From positions 3,769 to 67,768 of the IMG/VR virus record IMGVR_UViG_3300014934_000112: a DNA stretch of 64,000 nucleotides; one strand, written 5' to 3'. This stretch comes from a virus. The position numbers and the translations under genes are program-made. Positions 53,517-63,916 of the stretch are shown here, one piece after another. Under the pieces are notes generated by a model. It was not told the DNA's origin, did not search any database, and saw nothing but the letters and a program-made list of their open reading frames with translations. Positions within the stretch are counted from its first letter, which is position 1, and each line of letters opens with the position of its first letter.

Positions 53517-55586
53517 TTAAAATTTAATTTTAAGAACTCTTTCTGTTGCACCCTTGACTTTAACGATCACATCATCTCGTTTTGTAGAACTGAAACCAAT
53601 TCCTGATAGCTGGTTTGGATCATCTGCGACATGCATCTTACTTCCTAAAGCCTCGAATACTCTTTTGTGCTGTACTAATTCCTGCTTCAAAAACTCATTG
53701 AAGAATCCATTTGGAGTATCTTCATTTACACATCCATTTAACATAAACAGATAATGTTTATGTCCAATACCTGTCTGCTCGTCCCAATAGTTAGGTGAAT
53801 AACACATTACTGTTACTGGCACAAACTGATTTGTATTGATTCCCCAGATTTCTCTTGAAGATGTTGTTGATGGAAGTTTCTCTTTGATTGTGAATACTCC
53901 ATCTTTTAATGTAACTGTAGCCACTGGAACATCTTCGTTCTGACGTAAAGGCTTATCATATTCAAATTCATAAATCTGTCCATCAAATTCAATCTCTGCT
54001 GTAAATCCAGAAACTCCATTTCTATGAGCAAAATTTCTTACGAAAAATTCATATTCTCCGTCAACCATTTTGGATTTATCTGCCCATGTAATATTTTCTA
54101 CGGCAGGCTCTCCTCTATGTGGATGAGTTACATCAACATCAAGGCTTCCACCAGTTGCATAATCATGCATTGAAGCATAATAGATATGATGACGTGGAGT
54201 TCTGCAATGTGCATCAAAATCATCCTGATTCCAATCTGTATTTGCATTCCACTGAATTGAGAATCTTAAAACTCCATCAACTGCACCACCTGCGTTCTTA
54301 ACTCTTTCTTTCATTTCACTGTCTGTCATATTTCCTGAATATGCCCAGCTGAAAGGATTACTCCACTTCATCATGTTCTTAGCATCTTTATTTACAGGTG
54401 CGATCAGTGAAACCATATTCTTCTTGTGACGATTTTCAAACAGAACTTCTAATTCTTTTGCCGTTGGAAGTACATCTGATACGAATTTCTCTGCACTGAT
54501 TTCTTCGACTTTAGAGAACTTCTTAGGATTTACAGCAACTTCCTTACTCATCTCATCGAAAATATCTAAACCGCCCTGAATACGTGGGGCTGCATCACGA
54601 TTACAAAACAGGATATTGTTGACTGTAATATCATCAAGTTCCGCAAATCTACGCTGTAATGAATCCATATATCCTAAATCAGTCACAGTTTTCTTTGCAT
54701 CCTCAAGCATTTTCTTTGTAAAAATTGCCTTTGGTCGTTTGTAATTCGCAGGAGCTACAACATTTTCATAAGCCTTAACCGCATTATCTAAGTCCATATC
54801 CTCACTGATATTTACAAGCAATGTACCAATACTATGGTTTCTAATACGACCAATTACATCTCCGATAGTCATTGCTTTTGTCCATGTGTATGTATCTTTT
54901 TCTTCATCTGACAAACCATTGTATTCTCTCTGATATTTTCTAAAATCTTTTAATACTCTTTCCCATTCCTGTCCTCTATAAAGAGTATTTGAAGCAATCA
55001 GTTCTAATACTGTATCAACAGCTTCTTCTGTAATTTCATCAAGTGATCTTTTGAACACGTTCTTTCGATCTCTAACTTTTGCTTTTGCTGTAGGAATATC
55101 GGATTTTCTTTCTAGTAATCTCTCTGGAATCGGTGTATACATATGAGTCCATTTGATAATCTGCTTATCTTCTGTATACTCATTTGTACTTTTTACTCCA
55201 ACTGTATTTGTAAAATGTCTCCAAATATCTTTGATTGGCTTTGATTCTACATATGTTCGTAAAGCATCAACTACTGGCTGAAATACGACATCATCAGTGT
55301 CGATTTCCCAGATCGTATGAATCTTACCGTCAACAATTGTCACAGCTCCACCGATTGTTTTAATGAAGTTTCGGCAATGCCCACAATCATATTCTCGTCG
55401 TTTGCGATACATTTTGTTTGTTCCTTCAGGGAAACTGCTCAGATATACTTCCCAAAGTTCATCTTTATCAATATCTGTTTCATATAATGTAGAATTGTTT
55501 TTCTCTACATAGTCGAGCATCTTATTTAAACGCTCTGACAATTTGTTTAAAAAATTGCTCCAGTTTTCATTCATTGGTGTGCACAT
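53517..55586 (-). CDS. Large hypothetical protein (689 aa); no recognised domain
   Basis: A long uninterrupted ORF; an N-terminal CGHC motif. Confidence 0.45.
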   Translation of the reverse strand: MCTPMNENWSNFLNKLSERLNKMLDYVEKNNSTLYETDIDKDELWEVYLSSFPEGTNKMYRKRREYDCGHCRNFIKTIGGAVTIVDGKIHTIWEIDTDDVVFQPVVDALRTYVESKPIKDIWRHFTNTVGVKSTNEYTEDKQIIKWTHMYTPIPERLLERKSDIPTAKAKVRDRKNVFKRSLDEITEEAVDTVLELIASNTLYRGQEWERVLKDFRKYQREYNGLSDEEKDTYTWTKAMTIGDVIGRIRNHSIGTLLVNISEDMDLDNAVKAYENVVAPANYKRPKAIFTKKMLEDAKKTVTDLGYMDSLQRRFAELDDITVNNILFCNRDAAPRIQGGLDIFDEMSKEVAVNPKKFSKVEEISAEKFVSDVLPTAKELEVLFENRHKKNMVSLIAPVNKDAKNMMKWSNPFSWAYSGNMTDSEMKERVKNAGGAVDGVLRFSIQWNANTDWNQDDFDAHCRTPRHHIYYASMHDYATGGSLDVDVTHPHRGEPAVENITWADKSKMVDGEYEFFVRNFAHRNGVSGFTAEIEFDGQIYEFEYDKPLRQNEDVPVATVTLKDGVFTIKEKLPSTTSSREIWGINTNQFVPVTVMCYSPNYWDEQTGIGHKHYLFMLNGCVNEDTPNGFFNEFLKQELVQHKRVFEALGSKMHVADDPNQLSGIGFSSTKRDDVIVKVKGATERVLKIKF

Positions 55587-55607
55587 AATTTATCTCCTTT
55601 TCATGTA

Positions 55608-56948
55608 TTATTTAATTGCAACAAAAACTTCACCATTCTTATTGTCATTAATATAAATTTCCTTGCCTTTAAGCTCTGGGAAATATTTCTTTACAAGTTT
55701 TTTAAACTCATTTGCAAGTTTAGAATCACTTGGAGTGTAGTGTACTTTGTCACTTGAGAACTCAGCAATACAATCTACTGTTGTTCTTCTTAAGAACTTC
55801 GCATAAGTCAAACCTTTCTGATCATCTTTTCTATACTTATCCTTCTCCATGATCTCTTCTAATTTGCATAAATTTTCTGTGACCTCAATACAGCTGCTTG
55901 GATATTTCACATATTTGTTTGTCCAGAAGTCAACTGCATCATGAACACTTGCATTGCCACAAAGGTATTTTAATACACAAGTTTTGAAGCCATTTTCTCT
56001 GTCATACACATCATTTCCTTCTACATACGCAACAGTTTCCGATCCAGAAGTCCATAAGATTTTAACCATTCCATGATAATGTTTTACTTTAAACACTGGT
56101 TCGCCATCTTTTTCAATCTGTTTACCGTTATTGTCTAACATTGGTTCTTTTACTGTAATTTCTTTATCAACATAAATCGGTTTCTTAATCATTTCTTTTA
56201 AATTCTTCGTATACATTTCTTTCTCCTCTTCGTTTTCTGTAAGTTCACTCATGATTTCATCCAATTTTTCTGACGAAAACGTTAAAGTCGCACTCGTTTC
56301 ACCATTCCAAACAATATGTGTTGGTGCATAAGGACTCAACCCATGGTCGTCATGTATCATCCTTGATTCCCCTGGGGCTGAAAATCCACCAAACCAATTC
56401 TTTTCTGCTTCTGACGTTGCGGTAATTGGTTTTTGCTGATAGTGTGGCAGAGCAGACACTCTTCTTTCTGAAAGTGGCGGTATTAATGTTCCAACTTTTA
56501 TTTTGCCTGCTGGAATCGTACCTGCCTGAATCTTTGGATTTTCATTCATTGTTTCTGTTACTTCTTTTCTTGTAACCGTAATTGCAGCTTCTGTTGATCG
56601 TATGCTTTGATTCCTATACTGTTCTTTGTTATACCAAGGCGGAACAATGATCAACGCTCTATCATTTCCATACACATCCATTTCAATTGGCTTAGTATCA
56701 TGAAATCTAGTAGTCATATAAGGATGTCTTGTTCGATCAATTCTGAGTTGTGGTTTTATTGTATAAGTAGCAGTAACTGTCGCAAGATTTTTCAATTCAA
56801 CAACCACAATTTTAAATTTCGTATATACATCATCATTATCTACTTCGACAATATCTCCTACATTAAATGATGAATGGCTGCCACGGTTATATCTAATTCT
56901 TTTACCATTCGTACAGCGTACCCAAACGCCCGTTTTATTTTCGTCCAT
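55608..56948 (-). CDS. Large hypothetical protein (446 aa)
   Basis: A long uninterrupted ORF. Confidence 0.45.
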   Translation of the reverse strand: MDENKTGVWVRCTNGKRIRYNRGSHSSFNVGDIVEVDNDDVYTKFKIVVVELKNLATVTATYTIKPQLRIDRTRHPYMTTRFHDTKPIEMDVYGNDRALIIVPPWYNKEQYRNQSIRSTEAAITVTRKEVTETMNENPKIQAGTIPAGKIKVGTLIPPLSERRVSALPHYQQKPITATSEAEKNWFGGFSAPGESRMIHDDHGLSPYAPTHIVWNGETSATLTFSSEKLDEIMSELTENEEEKEMYTKNLKEMIKKPIYVDKEITVKEPMLDNNGKQIEKDGEPVFKVKHYHGMVKILWTSGSETVAYVEGNDVYDRENGFKTCVLKYLCGNASVHDAVDFWTNKYVKYPSSCIEVTENLCKLEEIMEKDKYRKDDQKGLTYAKFLRRTTVDCIAEFSSDKVHYTPSDSKLANEFKKLVKKYFPELKGKEIYINDNKNGEVFVAIK

Positions 56949-56962
56949 TCTTTGTCTCCTCT

Positions 56963-57793
56963 CTAAGCTGATGCACTCTGTGAGGCAAAGTATTGTGCTA
57001 ATTTCTTTGCCAAGTATAATTGCCCTTTGCCAGTCACATATGTTTTGGTGATCAACTTGTTTCCATTCTTAGTTTCAACTTCACTTTCTGTTAATTTGAA
57101 AATGCCCTGCTTAACATATCTTTCATATGGGGTATTATCTGACATGAGATACCCTTCTTTTCTTAACCACGCAAATAATTTGTTTCTGCCCATATGAATA
57201 TCTTGATTTTCTTTCTCAAGAAGCTTTGCCATTGTTTTCATATCAACCATTGTTGGTGTGGCACTGACCGTATTGGCAAAATCAACAAGTGGCTTCTGTT
57301 TACTGATAACTTCTTCTTTCTGGGCTAATAGTTCATCCTTTTGTTCCAAAGTGTTTTGCATAATATTCAATGCTTTCGCCATGATAGTTAAATCATCATC
57401 GTCTTTTTCAATTGGAATATATCCGCCTGTCTTACGAATCTGCGGAAGAACTTCTGATGTTACCCAATGCTTGAATTCTTTTGCCTTATCAAGCTTACTT
57501 CCAAAGATTAATGCATAAAGTCCTGACTCATTAATAAACACTGGGTATTGAACTCTCCCTAATTTGTCTGTTATAGATGGGGTAACGTTTCGTTCCCCCA
57601 TAATTTTATCTTCATCGTCAACATGATCTCGAATTGCTTTCTTCGAATTTGTATAACCAAGACACTCAGCTACATCTTTCCCTACGAACCACGGGTTATT
57701 ATTTAAGATTACCGTTCTGATATTCCCAAATTCATCATTATTAAACACCAATGTGTTTAATCCTTCATTTACCATATTCTTTTCTTCTGTCAT
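56963..57793 (-). CDS. Phage antirepressor with Bro-N and KilAC domains
   Basis: The N-terminal part reads LNTLVFNNDEFGNIRTVILNNNPWFVGKDVAECLGY (Bro-N); the C-terminal KilAC-like region reads MGRNKLFAWLRKEGYLM. Confidence 0.65.
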   Translation of the reverse strand: MTEEKNMVNEGLNTLVFNNDEFGNIRTVILNNNPWFVGKDVAECLGYTNSKKAIRDHVDDEDKIMGERNVTPSITDKLGRVQYPVFINESGLYALIFGSKLDKAKEFKHWVTSEVLPQIRKTGGYIPIEKDDDDLTIMAKALNIMQNTLEQKDELLAQKEEVISKQKPLVDFANTVSATPTMVDMKTMAKLLEKENQDIHMGRNKLFAWLRKEGYLMSDNTPYERYVKQGIFKLTESEVETKNGNKLITKTYVTGKGQLYLAKKLAQYFASQSASA

Positions 57794-57876
57794 TAAATAC
57801 CTCCTAAGTTATAATTTTACATTTTAATTTTGCACAAATGCCTGTGCGAGTCATCATATATAATAAGGAAGAAACT

Positions 57877-58527
57877 CTACCCGATTATATTCTGGATCAG
57901 CTCATAATACTTTGTTCTACCGACATAAGGTTTATGCTCTGCATCTTTTAATTCTTTCTTCAAAGTACATATGTCTTTCTGATTATCCATGCAATTTTGC
58001 ATCACTTCTATGTATCGAATACAATTCTTGATCTTTCTGTGTAATTCTTGTAAGGTTTTAAGATACCCAACAATCACTGCACGTTTCGCAGCATCAATCT
58101 TTTTAAACTCAATCGCATGAAGAATATCACTTCTGGCAGAGTCGGCATATGATAACGCCTGCTCTAATTCAAACTTCTTTTCTCCTAATTGATCTGAGTC
58201 ATATGCTAAAAGCCCTACTATAGCTCTTTCCTCAGTCTCTATGTTGTCGATCAATGTATTATCACATTCCCAGTCCATAAAGCAATTTCCATTACCTTTT
58301 CGCATTATTTCGCTAGATTCCATGGGTTTTCCAACTTTACCTAGCTCAATTTCTCGGGCATAAAATCCGTCTTTCATCCACGTATATTTATGCTTCAAAC
58401 CTAAAATGTGCTTTGCTTGCTTAGAGGTAAATTGAGTAGCTTCAGACTTACGATTATCACGAACGTATTTATTTCTTGCATGATCTCTTTTCACATAGAA
58501 CTCTCCATTCGTAATTATGTATTTCAT
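57877..58527 (-). CDS. Hypothetical protein
   Basis: A 216-aa ORF. Confidence 0.4.
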   Translation of the reverse strand: MKYIITNGEFYVKRDHARNKYVRDNRKSEATQFTSKQAKHILGLKHKYTWMKDGFYAREIELGKVGKPMESSEIMRKGNGNCFMDWECDNTLIDNIETEERAIVGLLAYDSDQLGEKKFELEQALSYADSARSDILHAIEFKKIDAAKRAVIVGYLKTLQELHRKIKNCIRYIEVMQNCMDNQKDICTLKKELKDAEHKPYVGRTKYYELIQNIIG

Positions 58528-58573
58528 ACATCACTCCTGTATTTAATTGTAGTTTTTTGGAAAAATTTTCATG

Positions 58574-58602
58574 TTGACGAACATGTTTAGAATTGTTATA
58601 AT
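58574..58602 (+). promoter_or_regulatory. Near-consensus sigma-A promoter with an extended -10 element, plus strand
   Basis: TTGACG (58574-58579), an exactly 17-nt spacer, then TGtTATAAT (58594-58602). Confidence 0.55.
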
Positions 58603-58609
58603 GATTTTA

Positions 58610-58785
58610 AGGATAATAATATCCTTATCTATTAAACAATTCTAAATATCAAATTCGATTTTCTATCGTGCTGCCAACACGGTAGATTCAAAAAATCTTT
58701 TTTTGTTATCTATGATTTGTTTAGTTGAAATTTTTAGTTTGTGTGAAAGTAGAAGTTTTACCAAAGACTTCTACTTTCTTTTTTA
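58610..58785 (+). ncRNA. Candidate ~175-nt small RNA, transcribed from the strong plus-strand promoter to an intrinsic terminator; no RBS-preceded ORF
   Basis: A promoter at 58574-58602, internal hairpins (AAGGATA/TATCCTT at 58609-58626) and a terminator at 58745-58784; intergenic, antisense to no gene except the last codons of 58721-59086. Confidence 0.35.
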
Positions 58786-59086
58786 TTGTCTGTATTTTTA
58801 TTCCAACATTGTATCTCTCTTTGTATGTAAATTGCAGGCATTTGATTATGTCAAATATGTCGTCCTGCCTAATATGAGAGAACAAATTCTCATCTTGAAT
58901 AAATTCGATCCAATGATATGAAAGATCTTTATCTTTGCCATAGATCTTCATCTTTCTATCATCTGCTCGAATCTTATATTCACTCAGAAACCACGATGAC
59001 ATTTCTGATGAGTGTAAATCAAGTACATCAATATGCATTTGATTTGATTGATTCGCTACCAATGTTTTTAATATTTGATTGTCCAT
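58721..59086 (-). CDS. Hypothetical protein
   Basis: A 121-aa ORF. Confidence 0.35.
   Translation of the reverse strand: MDNQILKTLVANQSNQMHIDVLDLHSSEMSSWFLSEYKIRADDRKMKIYGKDKDLSYHWIEFIQDENLFSHIRQDDIFDIIKCLQFTYKERYNVGIKIQTIKKKVEVFGKTSTFTQTKNFN
58745..58784 (+). terminator. Strong intrinsic terminator (12-bp stem GAAAGTAGAAGT / ACTTCTACTTTC followed by T6)
   Basis: A perfect 12-bp stem with a 10-nt loop, followed by TTTTTT. Confidence 0.6.
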
Positions 59087-59100
59087 ACATATACCTTCCT

Positions 59101-60129
59101 TTATTCTGTCATAATTTGATGTACACGATAATTCTTATAGTCCTCATCTTTATATAAATAACCAATAGTTTTACCAATTACAGTTTGACGATCACTAAAT
59201 TGTTTCTTTTTTAATCTATATGATATATAATAATTATAATAAAATTCAATTGCAATTTCACTAAATTGACGTGCGATTATAGATCGTGCGATTCCTTCTT
59301 TTGATTTAATATAATATAAATCTGCAATTGCCTTGATATCCATTTTAGATTTTAAATATTGTATAAAACCAGAATTAATAACATCAATGGTTGTCAATTT
59401 CTCATAAGATAAAGTGTTACCAGTTAATTCTAATTGAGACTGCACATTATTATATATCCTCTTTTGCTCTGCTTGATATTCTTCTATATTATTACATTTT
59501 TTTCGTGGTATTAATACAAAATCATCATATATATTCGTATCTCCCATTTTCAATTTATATTCATTCAATGTCTCGATAAAATCTTTGGAGACTGGTTTCC
59601 CAAAAATTGTTAAATCATTTTGATTAATATCTGAGAATTTTAGATTTCTTAACTCCTTTCCATTTATCCCATTATATAAACTCACAATATGAAATCTAGT
59701 ATTCAATTTGGTATCGGCTGATGCATTGCACGACATCAGATTCGAAATAAACGCATTTATTTTATCTGGTGTAACATAATTAACATTAACTCTATTTGAA
59801 AAATATATATCAACTGCTAATTGCAAGTTTATAAATTTATCATTAACAAATGGATTATATTTAATGTAATTTTGTTCATATGCATAAGTATATAGTTTAA
59901 CGAGCTGGTCATATCTTTTTTTAATAGAATTCATACTTTTGGTTTTTTTACCTCTAGTATCTGATAATATAGCCTCTTGGATTGTACCTGGTGCATACGT
60001 TAACCCAGATTCATTGTCGTCCGCAATATCAGAATCTAACAACCAATTCCATGTTGGGCGACGTGATTCTGATACGTGAGAATCTATATAATTTTGTATC
60101 AATTCTTTATTATTCATAATATTCTCCAT
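59101..60129 (-). CDS. Hypothetical protein (342 aa)
   Basis: A long ORF with no confident motif. Confidence 0.4.
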   Translation of the reverse strand: MENIMNNKELIQNYIDSHVSESRRPTWNWLLDSDIADDNESGLTYAPGTIQEAILSDTRGKKTKSMNSIKKRYDQLVKLYTYAYEQNYIKYNPFVNDKFINLQLAVDIYFSNRVNVNYVTPDKINAFISNLMSCNASADTKLNTRFHIVSLYNGINGKELRNLKFSDINQNDLTIFGKPVSKDFIETLNEYKLKMGDTNIYDDFVLIPRKKCNNIEEYQAEQKRIYNNVQSQLELTGNTLSYEKLTTIDVINSGFIQYLKSKMDIKAIADLYYIKSKEGIARSIIARQFSEIAIEFYYNYYISYRLKKKQFSDRQTVIGKTIGYLYKDEDYKNYRVHQIMTE

Positions 60130-60131
60130 TT

Positions 60132-60557
60132 CTAGGATGCCATTGCATTCATGTACGATAACATGCCGTTTTGTATTAAAATGCCATGTCCTATTTTTAA
60201 CATTAAAGATAGATCAGATATTCTTCCCCAATACTCTAAAAGATTATTCTTTGGAATTGTTCTTCCTTGCTCTAAATACACCTGTGATACCATTTTTAAT
60301 CCATTACTGGTATTTGGATAAATGGTTACATGTGTCGGTATCCAGTTCCTTAATTTTTTTGTAATTGGATACACGTTAATCTCTGTGCTCGTATTATTAC
60401 AAATATTATTAGAATATACGATGACTGGTCTTTTCCCATGCAAGATATGACTACCTTCAATTTTCGGCAAATCTGCAAAATATATTCCCCAAACTTGAGG
60501 ATTTTGATATTTGCCATATACATATTCTTTTCTTTCTTTGTTAGTATATCCGTTCAT
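60132..60557 (-). CDS. Hypothetical protein. Start reassigned to the internal ATG, with its RBS downstream of the 51-bp repeat.
   Basis: MNGYTNKERKEYVYGKYQN... with the RBS GAGGGACGTAAAA; the longer track start (60617) lies inside the repeat element. Confidence 0.4.
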   Translation of the reverse strand: MNGYTNKERKEYVYGKYQNPQVWGIYFADLPKIEGSHILHGKRPVIVYSNNICNNTSTEINVYPITKKLRNWIPTHVTIYPNTSNGLKMVSQVYLEQGRTIPKNNLLEYWGRISDLSLMLKIGHGILIQNGMLSYMNAMAS

Positions 60558-60612
60558 TTTTACGTCCCTCAACTTTCCCCAGTTGCATTTTTTGTTTTCA
60601 TGAATTAAATAT

Positions 60613-60663
60613 ACCATACTTTTTGCACCCTGTCAATAGGTGCAAGAAAGAAAGTTAATTTTT
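60613..60663. repeat. 51-bp exact repeat (copy 2) upstream of 60132-60557
   Basis: Identical to 21527-21577. Confidence 0.7.
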
Positions 60664-60717
60664 GTTGTGAACAAAGAATCTCTACATTTCTTATTATAAT
60701 GCTACCATAGAACAAAA

Positions 60718-61038
60718 TCAAGATATTTTTCGAACAGATGTTCTCTTTTTGTTCGAACACTTTACTTTGTGCTTACTTGGAAGGGGGAAATACTGTCTAA
60801 CTTTATGAGGCTTATCCAGTTTCCATTTCTTTTCTTCAAAATCATAGTCACAAAAATCAAGCACTTCGTCCACACATCCATCATTATATTTGTAATCCAC
60901 AATAACAGGATATGTTTTATACCTCATGTAACGTGATGCATTATCTGGTTTTAATGGTGGAATCTCTGCTGAAATCCACATAAGATTCTGGTTTGCTTTC
61001 TTTTCTTCCTTATTTTGTCTAATCGTATTTATCTTCAT
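60718..61038 (-). CDS. Hypothetical protein
   Basis: A 106-aa ORF. Confidence 0.35.
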   Translation of the reverse strand: MKINTIRQNKEEKKANQNLMWISAEIPPLKPDNASRYMRYKTYPVIVDYKYNDGCVDEVLDFCDYDFEEKKWKLDKPHKVRQYFPLPSKHKVKCSNKKRTSVRKIS

Positions 61039-61049
61039 ACAAAATTCTC

Positions 61050-61796
61050 CTATAAAATCCTAATAATTTGTTCGTAAATTGCAATCGCATTATCTTCTGG
61101 AAAGTTCTGGTTCACATGCATATGCCCAAAGAACCATTTTTGATAAATCACTTTGTCTTTTATTTGCTGTAAATAATCCGTTAACTTGTCAGATTTGTAC
61201 ACTCCTGATCCTTGATCCATTTGTCTTAAAACAGATGTGTATGGACTATGTGTAATAACGTAATCTACTTGGAAGTCATTTTTCTCTAAATTCATCACAC
61301 CTTCTGCCATCTCTTTATCAGATGGCAATTCTTCTTTCCACCAGCTCACATGATTAATCCTAAACATTTTGTCATAATCTCTGTACCATTCATTAATTCT
61401 TGGATCGTCTGGCTCTAAAATTCCATCTTGCACATCATGGGAACTGGTACCGCCAAATGTAAAGAATTTCTTTCCTTGAATTTCAAACACCTGTCCACGC
61501 ATAAGATGAAATACAGAGTCTTTGATCTTGTGAATCTTTCCGCCACACCATTTCTCTACAGGATATTGATATAAGCGGTCGTAATTTTCATGATTCCCAC
61601 ATACAAACAATGTAGTAAATGGCTTGTTATCTAACCATTCCAGATTATATCGTTCTTCTTTTGTGTCATGCCACAGTCCAAAATCTCCGCAGATAATCAC
61701 ATAATCATCTTTGGTTAACTCAACTCCCTCTGGGAAAGAACGACTGTTTAATCGAGTCATCCAATCCCCATGTGTATCTCCTGTTACAAATATCAT
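61050..61796 (-). CDS. Calcineurin-like metallophosphoesterase
   Basis: Contains FVTGDTHGDW, ICGDFGLW, CGNHEN and GHMHVNQ. Confidence 0.7.
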   Translation of the reverse strand: MIFVTGDTHGDWMTRLNSRSFPEGVELTKDDYVIICGDFGLWHDTKEERYNLEWLDNKPFTTLFVCGNHENYDRLYQYPVEKWCGGKIHKIKDSVFHLMRGQVFEIQGKKFFTFGGTSSHDVQDGILEPDDPRINEWYRDYDKMFRINHVSWWKEELPSDKEMAEGVMNLEKNDFQVDYVITHSPYTSVLRQMDQGSGVYKSDKLTDYLQQIKDKVIYQKWFFGHMHVNQNFPEDNAIAIYEQIIRIL

Positions 61797-62743
61797 ACAA
61801 TTACTCCTTCCAATAACTCTTCTAATGCCTGCATATTATCTTCATGTACTCTATCATCTTGATCTGCATCATCTTTGCCAGTCTTATAAGCAAACTTGAT
61901 AATCTCCATAACTCTATCATAACTCACATTAACAACATTTTCCTTCAATCCGTTAAAAGCCCCACTGATAATTTCCTTGTATGTCTGCGCAATATCATCA
62001 AACAATACATGAGTTTCTTCCTCTGTGATTGTTGCATACAGAAATGTCATTGCAGGGCTACTATGATTCAATAATCTCATAAGTGTATACAATACGTTCT
62101 GATCATCTTTATGATCGACAAGTGTCCAATACACAAAGTTCTTTCGTAATGTATGCGTACCAATATTGTCCTCAATTCCAACTGCTTTAGCACCTTTTTT
62201 AACAAAATCCAAAGCATTTGCTTCAGTCATGTGTCCTGATCCAGACTTACATGTTCCAAAAACATAATCATCCATTGGCACTTCGCCATCAATCTTGACA
62301 TCATATTTAGTTCCTGCAACAGCTTCAAAGAAAATATCCACTGCTTCAGTTACCAAATCGTTAAAGTATACAGTTCTGAATTTCTTTGTTTTCTTTTCCT
62401 GCTTACGAGTCTTATCGTCTAATAAATCGCCCCATTTGAGTCTGACGATATCAGAGATACGATATGCTGTATTGTTTCCAACTGTAACCAAAAGATTGTT
62501 TCTGGCAGCTACATATCGTTTGTACTCTGTGTACGATTTATCAATCTGGTCTCTAAAATATGCATTAAAGGCTGCAAATTGTTTTCTGTCCTTGATCGGA
62601 TACACTAAAGATGATACGCCTTTCTGTTTGTTAGATCGAGTCCATTTAGGACTTCCATCCTTACGTCTTTTAATCTTTGTTTCAGATTCTTCTGCGTTAT
62701 TATTGTTTACTGTTTCAATAACTTCAAACTGTGTTGCTGCCAT
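61793..62743 (-). CDS. Tyrosine site-specific recombinase (integrase, XerC/D-like)
   Basis: The C-terminal catalytic region contains IGTHTLRKNF (HxxR) and LLNHSSPAMTFLYATI (catalytic Tyr). Confidence 0.7.
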   Translation of the reverse strand: MAATQFEVIETVNNNNAEESETKIKRRKDGSPKWTRSNKQKGVSSLVYPIKDRKQFAAFNAYFRDQIDKSYTEYKRYVAARNNLLVTVGNNTAYRISDIVRLKWGDLLDDKTRKQEKKTKKFRTVYFNDLVTEAVDIFFEAVAGTKYDVKIDGEVPMDDYVFGTCKSGSGHMTEANALDFVKKGAKAVGIEDNIGTHTLRKNFVYWTLVDHKDDQNVLYTLMRLLNHSSPAMTFLYATITEEETHVLFDDIAQTYKEIISGAFNGLKENVVNVSYDRVMEIIKFAYKTGKDDADQDDRVHEDNMQALEELLEGVIV

Positions 62744-62769
62744 AATAATCTCACCTCTCTTAGTTATTC

Positions 62770-63102
62770 TTACACTCTCTTAATTACTTTTTCTATTTCC
62801 TGTGCCAGCAGAAAATCATTTATTGCATTTTCATCGTCAGTAATCAATGTATATTTCCATACTGGGGAACCATGATATGATATATCTTCAACCTTAAATA
62901 ATCCTCTTTTACCAGTGTTATTTTCTCTATGATCTGACTCCAATAACTCTGTATGAATTCCCCAACTATCATATAGATGTCCATCGTATAGTATTTGAGC
63001 CGCAGCTATTAATATATTATATTTACTCACATCAACCTCTGTATTCACTGTTCCGTATAATTTCATTGTTCCAATCTCCTCTCTAATTATTGCACTGTTC
63101 AC
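62770..63102 (-). CDS. Hypothetical protein
   Basis: A 110-aa ORF. Confidence 0.35.
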   Translation of the reverse strand: MNSAIIREEIGTMKLYGTVNTEVDVSKYNILIAAAQILYDGHLYDSWGIHTELLESDHRENNTGKRGLFKVEDISYHGSPVWKYTLITDDENAINDFLLAQEIEKVIKRV

Positions 63103-63170
63103 GTACTTCTGGTCTAATTTCTACTTCGATTAATTCCATAATTCTCACTCCTATTCTCTAAATTTAGGCA

Positions 63171-63196
63171 AAACAAAAAGAAGCCCATAAGCTTCT
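63171..63196 (-). terminator. Intrinsic terminator (AGAAGC/GCTTCT stem followed by a U-run) downstream of 63221-63685
   Basis: On the minus strand the hairpin is followed by TTTTGTTTTG. Confidence 0.45.
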
Positions 63197-63220
63197 CAAT
63201 CTCATTCTGTTATTCAATTT

Positions 63221-63685
63221 CTACAATGGTCTAATAATATCAGGATTCATGATCAGAATACTATCACAATCCCAACCGTAAAGCTCATAATATAACTCGT
63301 AATCACCTTTTGATAAATTAAGCTTAATTGCATCAACTCCACCTTCGACCATCTTCTCAAAATCTGGCACAACGCCCATTGTATCAAATAAATATTTTGG
63401 GAGATATCCCGATAGATCTTGAGTTGGAACCTGCTTTAAATCGGCTTTCTCTGTCCATCCAACAATATTTGCCGAATCATCCAATGTAAATTTAAAGTTT
63501 TTGTCCAGTTTATCAATTCTAAAATCATTATCAATACACCATTTCTCCCACGGCTGATCCGCCTTTATATCCGATGCCCATAAACCGCCAAATGGTTTGT
63601 TAATTATGTTTCTGTTCACAATTGGCATAAACAACTCTTTCTCAAACTTATCACTGCCGTAGTGAATATAAATATTTTCTGACAT
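63221..63685 (-). CDS. Hypothetical protein
   Basis: A 154-aa ORF. Confidence 0.4.
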   Translation of the reverse strand: MSENIYIHYGSDKFEKELFMPIVNRNIINKPFGGLWASDIKADQPWEKWCIDNDFRIDKLDKNFKFTLDDSANIVGWTEKADLKQVPTQDLSGYLPKYLFDTMGVVPDFEKMVEGGVDAIKLNLSKGDYELYYELYGWDCDSILIMNPDIIRPL

Positions 63686-63706
63686 TTTTCCATCCTTTCG
63701 TCAAAC

Positions 63707-63916
63707 TTATCCTGTCATCTGCTTCTCAAAAAGCTGTCTTTCTAACGCATCGAAATCATAGTTACGATCACACTCTAAGTGTGGAAGGTTTGTTACCTTG
63801 GACTTTTGTTTAGCGTTCTTCTTAGCCTGATTACGTTCCCAGTTTCGTACTGCTGCCTTCCAGTCTTGCATTTTGCTATTGCCCATCATCCAGTCTTTGG
63901 CTGTGTAATAATCCAC
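63707..63916 (-). CDS. Hypothetical small protein
   Basis: A 69-aa ORF. Confidence 0.3.
   Translation of the reverse strand: MDYYTAKDWMMGNSKMQDWKAAVRNWERNQAKKNAKQKSKVTNLPHLECDRNYDFDALERQLFEKQMTG

Noticed and set aside
62295-62783. 162-aa plus-strand ORF antisense to the tyrosine recombinase
   Set aside because: The recombinase frame carries the catalytic HxxR and Tyr motifs; the antisense frame has no features.
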